This document shows, piece after piece, positions 1 to 10,076 of a DNA stretch of 64,000 nucleotides. Numbering within the stretch: the stretch's first letter is position 1; every line of letters starts with the position of its first letter. The notes beneath the pieces were generated by a model. That model did not search any database. It was not told the DNA's origin and worked only from the letters and a program-made list of their open reading frames with translations. A program made the translations under genes and the position numbers. The stretch lies in contig CAWHXY010000004.1 in NCBI GenBank assembly GCA_963833575.1, positions 224,001 through 288,000 of the forward strand, written 5' to 3'. This DNA comes from Candidatus Bathyarchaeota archaeon. Lineage in GTDB: Archaea; Thermoproteota; Bathyarchaeia; Bathyarchaeales; Bathycorpusculaceae.

Positions 1-64
1 TGTACAACTCATACAAAAGTACTACTTAACTTTTCTCCAACACAATCAACTAAACTACCCCAAA

Positions 65-160
65 ATAACTGCATAAAGGGGAATGAAAACAAACCCCTCA
101 ACAAGAAAGCAGCCCAAAACAGCATCTTCAAAAATGGCGACACAGGCGTTGTTGTTCTTC
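65..160 (+). repeat. Dispersed intergenic element copy A (core with ~9-nt insertion, plus tail)
   Basis: AACTGCA...AAACAAACCCCTCAACAAGAAAGCAGCCCAAAAC then AAAATGGCGACACAGGCGTTGTTGTTCTTC. Matches the core and tail of the other copies. Confidence 0.7.
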
Positions 161-280
161 TTGTTCTTTCAAAGCTTAAATCAACAAAAGCATTAAGCAA
201 AGAAAAACCTTAAAACCGCGAAGAAAAAAATGCCACTTAAAACCATCTTAACTGAATTTCAGGCGTCTAACAAATTTATG

Positions 281-391
281 TTCTCAAATTGTCTAAAAAT
301 GTCAAATAATGTCAAATCGTGTCAAATTATGTCAAAAAATGTATCAACCTGCAACCAAATCAAACCCCAAATCAAAAAAGCAACCCAAAAC
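281..391 (+). repeat. Dispersed element copy B: 10-bp tract (GTCAAATAAT-type, ~5 units) plus 47-bp core at 345-391
   Basis: gtctaaaaat gtcaaataat gtcaaatcgt gtcaaattat gtcaaaaaat then CAACCTGCAACCAAATCAAACCCCAAATCAAAAAAGCAACCCAAAAC. Confidence 0.9.
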
Positions 392-505
392 ACAAACAAA
401 GAAATTTGAACGAGAATATCCAATCGGAGATTGTGACAGTTAACTGATTCTGGTCTGAATTATTTATTAGGTGGTTAAAGTCAAATCTAGGTTGAGGCGT
501 TTTCT

Positions 506-1000
506 GTGAGTTTTGAAACACAAGTTGCAAAGACTTTGCCGATGGATAAGTTGGAGAAGCGTATTGTCGAGTTTCTGAAGGAGCAGAATATGTGTGTTCT
601 CGCTACTTGCGGCGAGGGGGTTGCGCGTGCTACTCCAATTGAGTTTCACTCTAAAGGATTAACATTGTATTTTGTAGGAGAACCAGGAACGAAGATAAAG
701 AACATTGCCAGGAATCCAAATGTGAGCGTGGGCATTTTTCTGCCATATACGGGTTGGGACAGCGCGAAAGGTGCGCAGATCACTGGAAAAGCAACAGTTA
801 TCTCCAGAAACAGCCCTGAGGAATTCAAAGAAGGCTTAGAAGCATATCAATGGGAAAAAACAGCCAAAGAATTAAACATAAAGATGTTTCCTAAGTCAGT
901 GGAGTTAATCAAAGTTGAACCAGAAAAAATCGAATACGTAGATATGTCACTGAAAAAACTAGGCTACAACCCACGACAAGTGTACACCTCAGTTAAATAA
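506..1000 (+). CDS. Pyridoxamine 5'-phosphate oxidase-like FMN-binding protein
   Basis: CVLAT...ATP...K.KNI..NPNVSV..GAQITGKA split-barrel pattern. Confidence 0.85.
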   Translation: MSFETQVAKTLPMDKLEKRIVEFLKEQNMCVLATCGEGVARATPIEFHSKGLTLYFVGEPGTKIKNIARNPNVSVGIFLPYTGWDSAKGAQITGKATVISRNSPEEFKEGLEAYQWEKTAKELNIKMFPKSVELIKVEPEKIEYVDMSLKKLGYNPRQVYTSVK

Positions 1001-1103
1001 AGACAAAAGTTCAATCTCCCACGAGGTATACCTTCATTTTCTGAACAGTGCCATCGTTAATAGTTATAAGATTCGCTGTGGCAATTATTTGTAGGGATTT
1101 GTT

Positions 1104-1307
1104 ATGAAAGTGAAAATTAAAGAGAACGGTCCTATTTTGTTAGAATCGAATGGGCATGCAAAAATAACGCAAAATGGACAGGAAAAACCAATCCAAGGCT
1201 CAATAGTAGCACTGTGCCGCTGCGGCCAAAGCAAAAACTTACCATTCTGCGATGGATCACACGCAAAAGCCAACTTCAAAGCAGATGCAGCAGAAATCGA
1301 CATCTAA
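1104..1307 (+). CDS. CDGSH iron-sulfur domain protein
   Basis: LCRCGQSKNLPFCDGSH motif; N-terminal NGP. Confidence 0.95.
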   Translation: MKVKIKENGPILLESNGHAKITQNGQEKPIQGSIVALCRCGQSKNLPFCDGSHAKANFKADAAEIDI

Positions 1308-1463
1308 ACGGCAACTGAGTTTCAGCCGCCTCAAGAATCCTTTTTTCAAACAAAGCTACGAAAGAACTTGCAAACTTCCTAAAATATTTTCAAAATCAGA
1401 ATCCACAGGCTTGGGCAATAACAATTATACCACACGAATCACTTACTTTATCAAGGTTATTTT

Positions 1464-1844
1464 ATGTTAAGACATGCAGAGCCTAAAGAACAGTATATTT
1501 CAGACTTGAAAATTACGAAGATCTTAAGCACGGTGCCACATGATAAAGCATTTTATTTTTACACTGATCTTGGCCGCTACACTGGTGAGGCAGCTACAGA
1601 CTTAGCAACATTCGCTCAAAAGCTGGAAACGATAAATGCTGATTGTGTCAAATTTCATTTTCAAAGAAACGACTATCAAAACTGGATAAAAACCACTGTA
1701 GGGGATAATGTCTTAGCTGAACGAATCAACCAAATAAACCGACAGCTCCCTGTTGAGGAATTGAGGAAGGAACTTGCTGAAACCGTGCAAACACGAATCA
1801 CGCAGCTAAAGCTTCAACACGACCAAATGATCCGCTCACAATAA
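1464..1844 (+). CDS. DUF5752 family protein
   Basis: AFYFYTDLGRYTG.AA.DL..F...L......V.FHFQRNDYQNWI...GD..LA pattern. Confidence 0.75.
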   Translation: MLRHAEPKEQYISDLKITKILSTVPHDKAFYFYTDLGRYTGEAATDLATFAQKLETINADCVKFHFQRNDYQNWIKTTVGDNVLAERINQINRQLPVEELRKELAETVQTRITQLKLQHDQMIRSQ

Positions 1845-1910
1845 AGCAGGGTAGGTCGCTAAAAACTCCTAAACAATTGGTTATGAATGTTTTACAGAAG
1901 ATCTGGATTT

Positions 1911-3056
1911 TCAAGTTTTTCTCCTCTTTGCAACGATAACTGCAGACAAGACTACGATCATCGAGACAAACAGAGTGATTCCAACCAGTTGGCTAGGAAA
2001 CTCTGGAACTGAAGATGTCGCAGACGGAGTTGAGGTAGATGTTGTGGCTGAAGACGCTGGGCTTGGCGTAATGGATGTGCTTGAGGAATCTGATATCACT
2101 GAGACCGTGTCACTCTTAGAATTGGTTACGAATGTTTCACCCTTAGCAGAATCGTAAGCCACAAAATCAGGAACGATGCCAACGTTTACGGTCGCAACCA
2201 CTGCGTTGGTGCTGTCCGATATTACCGAAACAGAGTTGTTGCCGCCATTGGCCACGAAAATCTGGCCCATGCCGGAATCATAAGCAACGCCATAGGGATA
2301 GGCAGAAGGGACAAGATTGATTGTTCCGACGATGGAATCGGTGCTATCTGATATAGCCAAGACCTGATTGTCGTTGGTGTCGGACACGAATATCTCGTTT
2401 TTGACGGGATCATAAGCCACTCCATAAACATAGTTGCCCACTTGGAACCCATTGACTACGGTATTGTTGTTGTCTGCAATAACTTCTATTTCGTTAGCTG
2501 AATTTACGGCCACGAAAATCTCGCCCGTGCCCGAATCATAAGCTGCACCCAAGGGGTTGTCCTGAACAGTTACGGTTGCTACCAATTGATTAGTGGCGTC
2601 TGATATTACTGAAACGGTGTTGATACCGGAATTGGTTACGTAGATCTCGCCATTGCCGGAATCGTAGGCCACGCTCCAGGGGTTGGTTCCAACGCTCACG
2701 GTTGCCACCACCTTATTAGTGCTGTCCGATATGACCGAGACAGAATTAGAACCCCAGTTGGACACAAATATCTCGCCCTTGGTAGAATCATATGCTAAGC
2801 CCCAAGGAGTAGTTCCTACAGTAATCGTTGCGACAACCTTATTGGTGCCTTCCGATATGACCGAGACGGAGTTAGCGCCAGCACCATAATTCGCTACGAA
2901 TATCTCGCCTCTGGCAGAATCATATGCTACGCCCTCCGGAGAACTTCCCACTGTAACCGTCGCTGTTACCCCAGCGGCGTGGACTGCGTTGACTGCTGAC
3001 AAAACAAAAATCATAATGAATAGTAAACTCAAAATCCTACAAACTCTAAATCTCAT
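1911..3056 (-). CDS. YncE/YVTN beta-propeller surface protein with PEF-CTERM-like sorting signal
   Basis: Signal peptide, 7 repeats (VG..P.GVAYDS..GEIFV.N..SVSVISD), Ser/Thr linker, VPEFP, TM helix, KRRK. Confidence 0.9.
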   Translation of the reverse strand: MRFRVCRILSLLFIMIFVLSAVNAVHAAGVTATVTVGSSPEGVAYDSARGEIFVANYGAGANSVSVISEGTNKVVATITVGTTPWGLAYDSTKGEIFVSNWGSNSVSVISDSTNKVVATVSVGTNPWSVAYDSGNGEIYVTNSGINTVSVISDATNQLVATVTVQDNPLGAAYDSGTGEIFVAVNSANEIEVIADNNNTVVNGFQVGNYVYGVAYDPVKNEIFVSDTNDNQVLAISDSTDSIVGTINLVPSAYPYGVAYDSGMGQIFVANGGNNSVSVISDSTNAVVATVNVGIVPDFVAYDSAKGETFVTNSKSDTVSVISDSSSTSITPSPASSATTSTSTPSATSSVPEFPSQLVGITLFVSMIVVLSAVIVAKRRKT

Positions 3057-3466
3057 TATCCTCTCTCACCTTTGTGTCCCCTCAAGTGAAATGCAGATAA
3101 AAGCATTTCGCCAAGCAACACGTCGGTAAGATGCCAAAAGCTCGCTTTCTTCTGTTTCTTTCTGAATCCATTGCCCCGAAAGAGTCGCAGCAATTTCGAA
3201 GCTATGCCTAGCAAAGTCTCCGTCATATCTGATTCTCAAGTGCACTTGGAAGTTCTGGATCTCCAAGCACAACATCATCTGCGTCCCCTTCCCAAACGGT
3301 GCTCGAATTAAGCAGCACTTATACTATAAGCATCAACGATAATAGTAATTTTTGCGCCCATACAGAACGGGTGACTTTTTCAATGAAAATGCAAAGTTTG
3401 TACAAATTAGGGAAAAGTCTTAAATTGAAACTGGAAAATAGGCTAAAAGAGAAGAAATTCGAGGGA

Positions 3467-3832
3467 ATGCAAATGAAAATCAAAGTTTGGAAACTCTTAG
3501 GTTTGTTATCAGTAGTGATCTTCATGTTGTCCTCAGCCGGTTCAGTTCATGCTGCAGCCGCAACAGCAACTATAACCGTAGGAAACAGTCCCGTAGGCGT
3601 GGCTTACGATTCTGGCAAAGGCGAAATATTCGTAGCGAACAACTGGGCAAATACAGTTTCTGTCTTATCTGATTCCTCCGGGACATCTAGCACGTCTAGC
3701 CCAACAGCATCTGCATCAAAAAATCCATCAGTACCTGAATTCGGAAGCACAGCGCTCATCATGGTTGTGGCGACAATGGTTGTTGCGGCATGTGCAGTTG
3801 CTTTGACAGTGAGGATAAGAAAACAACTGTGA
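3467..3832 (+). CDS. Single-repeat YVTN mini-protein with PEF-CTERM (possibly an internally deleted paralog)
   Basis: Likely start is ATG 3467 or 3473. Signal peptide, one YVTN repeat, Ser/Thr linker, VPEFG, TM, basic tail. Confidence 0.7.
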   Translation: MQMKIKVWKLLGLLSVVIFMLSSAGSVHAAAATATITVGNSPVGVAYDSGKGEIFVANNWANTVSVLSDSSGTSSTSSPTASASKNPSVPEFGSTALIMVVATMVVAACAVALTVRIRKQL

Positions 3833-4096
3833 TAGTATCAAGAAGAAATGGAGATTGCGAAAAAGTCCCCTTTATTTTTTCCCTTTTTAGTTGCTTGCAT
3901 AAAGATTGTTAAAATTGGAGAATGCGGAAACTAGAACTCCATGTTTTTTAAAAAGTTTTTAGGTTCTGTTCTTATCTCGTAAGTTGGATCTTAGCGATCA
4001 AGGTCACTGGTTGCGGTTGGCATGATCGAGATTTAAAACTTGATTTTAATGAATTTTGGGACAAGCGATCGCCCAGACTCAAAACTGAATTGATGA

Positions 4097-4501
4097 CTAC
4101 TCTATTTGGAAGACGTTTCCACATTTTGTGCAACTGATGCTTTGCTTCCCAGTTTCTTTGGAAATAACCAAAAGATAACCGCAAGATGGACACTTGATTG
4201 TTTGTATCTTATTTTTAGCCGGTTCGGTTCTCTTGGCTGGTTCTGTTCTGGGCTCTGGTTCAGTTCGGGCTTCTGGCTCCGTTCTAGGCGCCGGTTCAGT
4301 TCTAGCCTCTGGTTCCCATTTGCTTGCTTGAACTTTTGTCAACAAACTCATCCCGATAAGTAACTCCAAAACATCTGCCGCTTTTATGTTTACCTCATCG
4401 CACACTCTGGTCGCAGACCACTTGATAGACAAGATGGTGCGCGGATACGTGGTGCCTTGTCTAGGCCAAGTGAGGGTTCTTAAAGCGCAATCTGGAACCA
4501 A
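4097..4501 (-). CDS. Hypothetical protein with RTEPxx repeats and a C-terminal zinc ribbon; 5' end uncertain
   Basis: RTEPAP RTEPEA RTEPEP RTEPAK RTEPAK; CPSC...CTKC. The track's start codon lies inside repeat copy C. Confidence 0.55.
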   Translation of the reverse strand: MVPDCALRTLTWPRQGTTYPRTILSIKWSATRVCDEVNIKAADVLELLIGMSLLTKVQASKWEPEARTEPAPRTEPEARTEPEPRTEPAKRTEPAKNKIQTIKCPSCGYLLVISKETGKQSISCTKCGNVFQIE

Positions 4502-4522
4502 TTTAAACCCTGAAACAAAAAG
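4488..4522 (+). repeat. Dispersed element copy C (truncated core)
   Basis: CAATCTGGAACCAATTTAAACCCTGAAACAAAAAG; same CAATCTGGAA variant as copy E. Confidence 0.7.
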
Positions 4523-4590
4523 TTAGGTGGAGCAAGCTGGTTAAGATTCAGATAATTCAATAGTGCGAACGGCTTTGATGTCAGATTTTT

Positions 4591-4772
4591 CGCGGTTAAA
4601 TCGATTGAACGCGATTAAACTAGCTTAAAATAGCTTAAACTAGCTTGAACTAGCTTAAAAGGGATTAAACTAGCTAAAAATGCACTCAACCTGCAAACAA
4701 AGCAAAGGCTGAATCAAAAAAGCAACCTAAAACAACTTGAACAAAATGGCAACGCCAACGCTGTAGTTCTTT
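4591..4772 (+). repeat. Dispersed element copy D: 10-bp tract (TAGCTTAAAC-type, ~8 units), core 4687-4733, tail
   Basis: tcgattgaac gcgattaaac tagcttaaaa tagcttaaac tagcttgaac tagcttaaaa gggattaaac tagctaaaaa. Core is 40/47 identical to copy B by manual alignment. Confidence 0.92.
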
Positions 4773-4849
4773 TTAAGAAAAGTAATTTTTGAAAATTAGG
4801 AATAGTTAAATATTTACTCTATAAAGGTAGATTTAGGGAGAATGGATTT

Positions 4850-5647
4850 TTGAATCAAACTGTAACTTTCAAGTGTTCTGACGGCGCTGATATGACAACT
4901 TATGTTGCCGCGCCTAAATCTGAAGGTCGACACCCGGCAATCATTATTGTCCATGAAGCTTGGGGCCTTAACGACCAGATTAAAGGTGTAGCGAACAGAT
5001 TTTCTGACCAGGGCTTTGTTGGCATAGCTCCTCATCTTTTCAGCCGAGACAAAGATCTAACTGAACAAGCAATTGAGAAAGCTATGATGCGGATGTGGCA
5101 AATTCCCCCCGAAAAACGCAGCGACCCCACAACTGTACAGAGCTTAATGGCAAGTCTACCCGAGAATGAACGAAAAATAGTGAATTTCTTCTTCGCAGGC
5201 CGAGAAAACGCTGAAAAAACAATGACACAAGACCTTCTCTGCTGCATAAACTATACTAAAACCTTAGAAGAGGTAGATGGAGAAAACCTTGGAATTACAG
5301 GTTTTTGTTTAGGCGGAGGCCTAACCTACCAACTTGCAACCGAATACCCATTCAAAGCAGCCGTTCCCTTTTATGGCGCAAATCCCAAACCACTTGAAGC
5401 AATCGCCAAAATTAAGTGCCCAATATTTGGAATCTACGCAGGAGAAGACCTAAGAATTACCAGCACAGTTCCAGCCCTAGTAGAAAGCATGATAGCCAAT
5501 AAGAAAACGTTTCAAATGAAAATCTACCAAGGAACACAGCACGCCTTCTTCAACGAAAAAAGACCATCATACAATAAAGACGCAGCGGAAGATGCATGGA
5601 CCATGACTTTAGCCTTCTTCAACAAGTACCTCAAGGCGAACAAATGA
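4850..5647 (+). CDS. Dienelactone hydrolase family protein
   Basis: HEAWGL, GFCLGG nucleophile elbow, HAF. Confidence 0.93.
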   Translation: MNQTVTFKCSDGADMTTYVAAPKSEGRHPAIIIVHEAWGLNDQIKGVANRFSDQGFVGIAPHLFSRDKDLTEQAIEKAMMRMWQIPPEKRSDPTTVQSLMASLPENERKIVNFFFAGRENAEKTMTQDLLCCINYTKTLEEVDGENLGITGFCLGGGLTYQLATEYPFKAAVPFYGANPKPLEAIAKIKCPIFGIYAGEDLRITSTVPALVESMIANKKTFQMKIYQGTQHAFFNEKRPSYNKDAAEDAWTMTLAFFNKYLKANK

Positions 5648-5795
5648 GCACCAAACAAAACCAGAAAGAGGCAAGTCTCCTCTGGGACTGCTTCACCAAC
5701 TGGTCCCAAACACTAGAAAAAACCTTAGAACAAAAAGACACAGCAACAAAATCGCAGAGTTTCTAGGCTAATATGTTCTAGTATAATTTGACGAC

Positions 5796-6227
5796 TTACT
5801 TCACATTGAAAACAAATCTATAACGGTCTTTACCAACCCTTTCAACCTTAAGAATCTCAAAATAGCCAATCTCGCCCGTGTTTTCGACATGCGGATCCTT
5901 GCAGGGGGTTTTGTCAAACCCTTCGATTTCAACGATTCTGACCGTTTCTATTGAAGAAGGCAATCTTGCCAGATCAAACTCTTTTTGCGCATCTTCCCTG
6001 TTCATAATATGTTTGCTTACCCGAAGGTTCTTCTTTATCACGACGTTGACGTCATCCTGCAGTGCTATCCTGTTAATATTCCTCAGATCTTCTTTGGTGA
6101 CAATTTCCATTTTTCCAAAGTTCTCATAGAACTTGGAAATGATGAATTTTGAATCGGGAAACCTGCTTTCCAAAATCCTTGAAAGAATGTGTTCGGCAGT
6201 TTGAAGTCTGCCTTCGATTGGCTTCAT
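5796..6227 (-). CDS. AlaX/tRNA_SAD-like trans-editing domain protein
   Basis: QTAEHIL and PCKDPHV.NT.EIG resemble the HxxxH / CxxxH editing motifs. Likely start is ATG 6227. Confidence 0.75.
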   Translation of the reverse strand: MKPIEGRLQTAEHILSRILESRFPDSKFIISKFYENFGKMEIVTKEDLRNINRIALQDDVNVVIKKNLRVSKHIMNREDAQKEFDLARLPSSIETVRIVEIEGFDKTPCKDPHVENTGEIGYFEILKVERVGKDRYRFVFNVK

Positions 6228-6352
6228 AAGATTTTGTTGATACCAATTTCTATTTAAGAATTTAACCAAAACTTAAGCGGAGCTACAACATGAAATTCTG
6301 TGTCTTCTCTAAAAAGAAAAAGGGGAAATAGGGATTGTTTTATTGTTTGTTC

Positions 6353-8932
6353 TTACGACTTTTTTCTCAGTATTAGTAGGCCTACTATTGCGATTGCTAT
6401 GATTATGGCGACTACTGAAGCAACCATCCCAATAGATACGCCGGACATCGTTGCTAAGTCTAACGCAGGGGATGCTGTTGGAGCTTGGGTTGCCGAGGGG
6501 GCGCCTGCATAGAAAGCCGCTGTCGCTGAAGATCCGTAGTACGCTCCTGTCCCTGCGAAAGACGCTGTAACAGTGAAGCTGCCAGGTATGGTTGGTGTCC
6601 ACGTAAAGCTATAGAAACCGTTTGCATTGCTTGTTGCTGTGCCTATATCGTAGTGATTGCCATTGGAGTCAGTGACTGATAATGTAACTGGAACACCAGT
6701 AATGTTAGTTGGCATTGGCTGCTGTTCGTAGACTGCTTCCATGAACTGAGTCATGCTTGCATCGGAGACGCATGGAAGACCGTTCGGGAAGTTTGCCGCG
6801 ACTGCATTTTGCTGGGAACCTGCTGATGTGTCAGTGATTGAGCCGCTGATCACTATAGATGATCCGAAGGCTTGGGCGTTTGTAGTTGTTTTTGTTGGTC
6901 CCATACCGTAAGCGTATATCTGGTTGTCGTATCCGTTTAGAGCCATCAGGATGCCGTCTGCAACGGGTGTAACTCCCTCGTAGAACGAGTCTGTATTCCA
7001 AATTTCATTTCCAGTAGTGGCGTTTACGCAGTAGAGTTGTGCGCCTCTGAATATTGGGTCTCCATGGGTATCGCCAGTTTGCAGGTAGAGTTTTCCGTCT
7101 GCAACCGTCATTGAGGTGCCTTCAAATGGATAATAAGTGAAGCCGGGGAAATCTGCTCCGCTGTTAACTCCTTTAAAGTCCCATAAGTGCTGGCCTGTAG
7201 TAAGGTTGAAAGCGTGAACTCCGTCTGTAGATAGTCCATAAAGAATTCCGTAAGCGATTTGTGAATTTCCCGCGCTTCCTTCTGAACCCCATGGATCATT
7301 ATCAGGAGTAGTTGGACCCCAAACTTTGTTGCCAGTGTTAACGTCATAAGCATACCACTGTTCAGCTAAGGCATCGTATACTGTGTATATGCCGTTTGCC
7401 ATTGGTCCAATACTGTAAAGGTACCCTGTTGTAGGTCCAGAAGGCAATGTTCGGTTTTGCACCCATAATTGTTGTCCCGTCGTCGCGCTGTACCCCACTT
7501 CTGTAGTGTAGGTCTGTGTCGCGAAATAGCTGAATACTCCAGTTACGGTACTTGCAAGTATTACTCCCGAATTGACGCTTGCTATCGCCTCATCAGGATA
7601 AGTCTGGACAGTAACGTTCCATTGGACGCCAGTATTCCAGTTGAGAACTGCTCCTATTGGTGGGCTCCAAACCCAACTGTTTGAACTAAACAATGGAATC
7701 GGCGGCGTGTATCTGCCAAATGTTCCGATGCACTGGGTTGAGTTCCACATAGCAATCCAATTGGTGCCGATAACGTAATCTAGTATTTCACCGTTAGGTC
7801 CTTCGACAGTTATACCGCCGGTTGTTGCATTAGCAACTTGCAGTATCTTTTCGCCCGTGTTAGCATCATACATATCCCATGTGCTTGTGCCTGTGAACCA
7901 TAGGTAGGGGAAACCGCCTTCCATGTTAGGTGACAAGTAGTTGAACACTTGACCAATAGAAATCCCTGGATAAGCCCATCCTGTCACTAATCCACCCATA
8001 GGTTGGTACACTGGTTGCGTGCTGTTTTGCCACCATAACGTTTGTCCTGTTCTCAAATCGACCGCATAGAATCCTTCTCGAGGATTAGTAGGTGAATTGT
8101 AGTAGAGTACGCCGTTGATGATTATTGGCGGTTGGAACTCGGTTTGATATGTCTTTCCGGTGAAATAGTTGCTTGTGCTTGTTCCGCCGAATTCTCCACC
8201 GATTAAGCCTCCAGCCTCTAACGGCTTAGTCCACATTATATGAGAAGTATTAGGCGCAGTGGTGAAGGCGTTAAAGTTTCCTGTGGCATTGTAGTTTGTT
8301 GAACCGAAAGTGGACGCACCTTGTGCTAGCCAGTTTCCTGAAATAGAATACCACGCTTGATTCTGAGAATTGATCGGGCGAGTCCAATAACTTGTTGGGA
8401 ACGAAGACTGAGGCGAATTTGCTGCCGGCTGCTGCTGAACTGTCAGTGTGGTCGTGAAACTGCTCGTTGCATAGTAAACGTCAACTGGGGCCATACTAGC
8501 AGGCGCTATTCCAGTCACATGTTGGCCTGGAAAGATGAATTTGAAAGTGTAGTTACCGGTTTGATCTGGCGTGTAGTAAGCTAAAGCGAATGAAGCATCG
8601 TTGGCTGTGAAGGGCCCAATACTGCTTTTTGTACCGTCAGGTTTTGTAATATCTATGGTTAGATTTGTCCATCTGCTACCAACTAATCCGGATGCAGTCG
8701 GGTTAGGTTGCCCCAACCACATTTCTAGTGTTACCTGCTGACCGATTCCAACAGGGTTTGGCGAAACAGCAAGGTAAGAATTGGTAGGTAGAGGAGAGGA
8801 TGAAGTCTGCGCTTTTAAATTTGGAATAGCCGTCATCATTATGGAAACTGTCAAAAGCAGAATCAAAGCAACTGCAGATATCGTTTGTTTACCATGAATT
8901 TTAGCATTCTTTCTAAAGAAATAGATAGACAT
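6353..8932 (-). CDS. PQQ-binding-like beta-propeller surface protein
   Basis: Signal peptide, PNPVGIGQ, repeated A.D..TG...W blades, Ig-like C-terminal domain, TM anchor. Confidence 0.88.
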   Translation of the reverse strand: MSIYFFRKNAKIHGKQTISAVALILLLTVSIMMTAIPNLKAQTSSSPLPTNSYLAVSPNPVGIGQQVTLEMWLGQPNPTASGLVGSRWTNLTIDITKPDGTKSSIGPFTANDASFALAYYTPDQTGNYTFKFIFPGQHVTGIAPASMAPVDVYYATSSFTTTLTVQQQPAANSPQSSFPTSYWTRPINSQNQAWYSISGNWLAQGASTFGSTNYNATGNFNAFTTAPNTSHIMWTKPLEAGGLIGGEFGGTSTSNYFTGKTYQTEFQPPIIINGVLYYNSPTNPREGFYAVDLRTGQTLWWQNSTQPVYQPMGGLVTGWAYPGISIGQVFNYLSPNMEGGFPYLWFTGTSTWDMYDANTGEKILQVANATTGGITVEGPNGEILDYVIGTNWIAMWNSTQCIGTFGRYTPPIPLFSSNSWVWSPPIGAVLNWNTGVQWNVTVQTYPDEAIASVNSGVILASTVTGVFSYFATQTYTTEVGYSATTGQQLWVQNRTLPSGPTTGYLYSIGPMANGIYTVYDALAEQWYAYDVNTGNKVWGPTTPDNDPWGSEGSAGNSQIAYGILYGLSTDGVHAFNLTTGQHLWDFKGVNSGADFPGFTYYPFEGTSMTVADGKLYLQTGDTHGDPIFRGAQLYCVNATTGNEIWNTDSFYEGVTPVADGILMALNGYDNQIYAYGMGPTKTTTNAQAFGSSIVISGSITDTSAGSQQNAVAANFPNGLPCVSDASMTQFMEAVYEQQPMPTNITGVPVTLSVTDSNGNHYDIGTATSNANGFYSFTWTPTIPGSFTVTASFAGTGAYYGSSATAAFYAGAPSATQAPTASPALDLATMSGVSIGMVASVVAIIIAIAIVGLLILRKKS

Positions 8933-8995
8933 TTCTCTTTTCTTCCTTTTTTCTTGTAAGTTTCAAATTGTAGGTTATTGCTTTTAAAAAGAAGC

Positions 8996-9012
8996 AAGCA
9001 AGACTCTTGCTT
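8996..9012. promoter_or_regulatory. Palindromic candidate operator between the divergent PQQ-like gene and the TrmB gene
   Basis: Perfect inverted repeat AAGCAAGA-C-TCTTGCTT between TATA-like runs. Confidence 0.55.
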
Positions 9013-9080
9013 TCAGAAAAATTTTAAAGCTTCTGAAGTCTTAATTATATATAGGCAACATAGGGTTTATTGGAGAGAGG

Positions 9081-9914
9081 ATGATGCTTCAGGTTGAAGA
9101 TATTCAGACTCTTACAGGATTTGGGCTCACTTTTCTTCAAGCGAAGGTTTACCTAACTTTAGTCAGATCTGGCAGTAGTACGGTTAAAAAGATTGCAGAA
9201 AGGACAAACATTGCTCGGCAAGAAGCCCAGCGAGTGGTCAGTGAACTACAAAGTATAGGTCTAGTAGAAAAATTGCTTGTTAATCCGACAGAATTTAAAC
9301 CCGTTCCCATAAAAGACGGCGTTAGGTTTTTGATTAGCCGCAGAGAAAATGCATCCATAGAACTTCAGCAGAAGGCAAATATTCTGCTTAAAAATTTCGA
9401 AAGCAGGGGTCAAGAAATTATAGAAAACGAAACCGAGCGCACTCAGTTTATTATCGTAAGCGGAAAAGAAGCTATTATAAGAAAATCAAGAATGGTTGTT
9501 GACAGAACAGAAGAGTCATGCAATATTATCGGTGGCTTGTGGAAGAATGTGGGTTATTCAAGCTCCATTTTTAAAGAGGAAACCACTCAAGCGTTAAAAC
9601 GGCATGTAAAAATCAGAATTGTTGCAGAACAAGTTCCTGAAATACAAGCAGTCCAAAAAAGCTATGAGCATTGTATTGAAAATCAGGATTTTGAAATCAG
9701 GTTTGTTTCAACCTCAATTCCTACAATGTTGGGAATATACGATAGAAGAGAGCTCCTTGTTAATACTTCGACTGAAAAACGCATAGGTGACTGCCCTATG
9801 CTGTGGACAAATAGTCCTGCCCTCATAGCGGTAGCCCAGGCTTATTTTGACAAAATGTGGAACCAAGAGGCTTCGCTTCTTCAGCATTATTCTGAAAACA
9901 TCGTAATAGTGTAA
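9081..9914 (+). CDS. TrmB family transcriptional regulator
   Basis: FGLT..QAKVYLTL...GLVEK....P..F.PVP wHTH plus PLD-like effector domain (IYDRRELL, LWTN). Confidence 0.9.
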   Translation: MMLQVEDIQTLTGFGLTFLQAKVYLTLVRSGSSTVKKIAERTNIARQEAQRVVSELQSIGLVEKLLVNPTEFKPVPIKDGVRFLISRRENASIELQQKANILLKNFESRGQEIIENETERTQFIIVSGKEAIIRKSRMVVDRTEESCNIIGGLWKNVGYSSSIFKEETTQALKRHVKIRIVAEQVPEIQAVQKSYEHCIENQDFEIRFVSTSIPTMLGIYDRRELLVNTSTEKRIGDCPMLWTNSPALIAVAQAYFDKMWNQEASLLQHYSENIVIV

Positions 9915-10076
9915 AAGTATGTTAAAAGTGCAAAATAAACTATTAAATAACAATAGAGAATCAGAAATTTACATTATTACACAATTTTATCACGCACAGT
10001 CGAACCTTTTTTTCCAAATTAGAATTCTCTAGCTTGTTTTAAATATTTAAACGCACTAATTATTATGTGGGGATAA

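Noticed and set aside
3066-3278. 70-aa ORF between the YVTN genes
   Set aside because: No motif or convincing composition; likely spurious or a decayed fragment.
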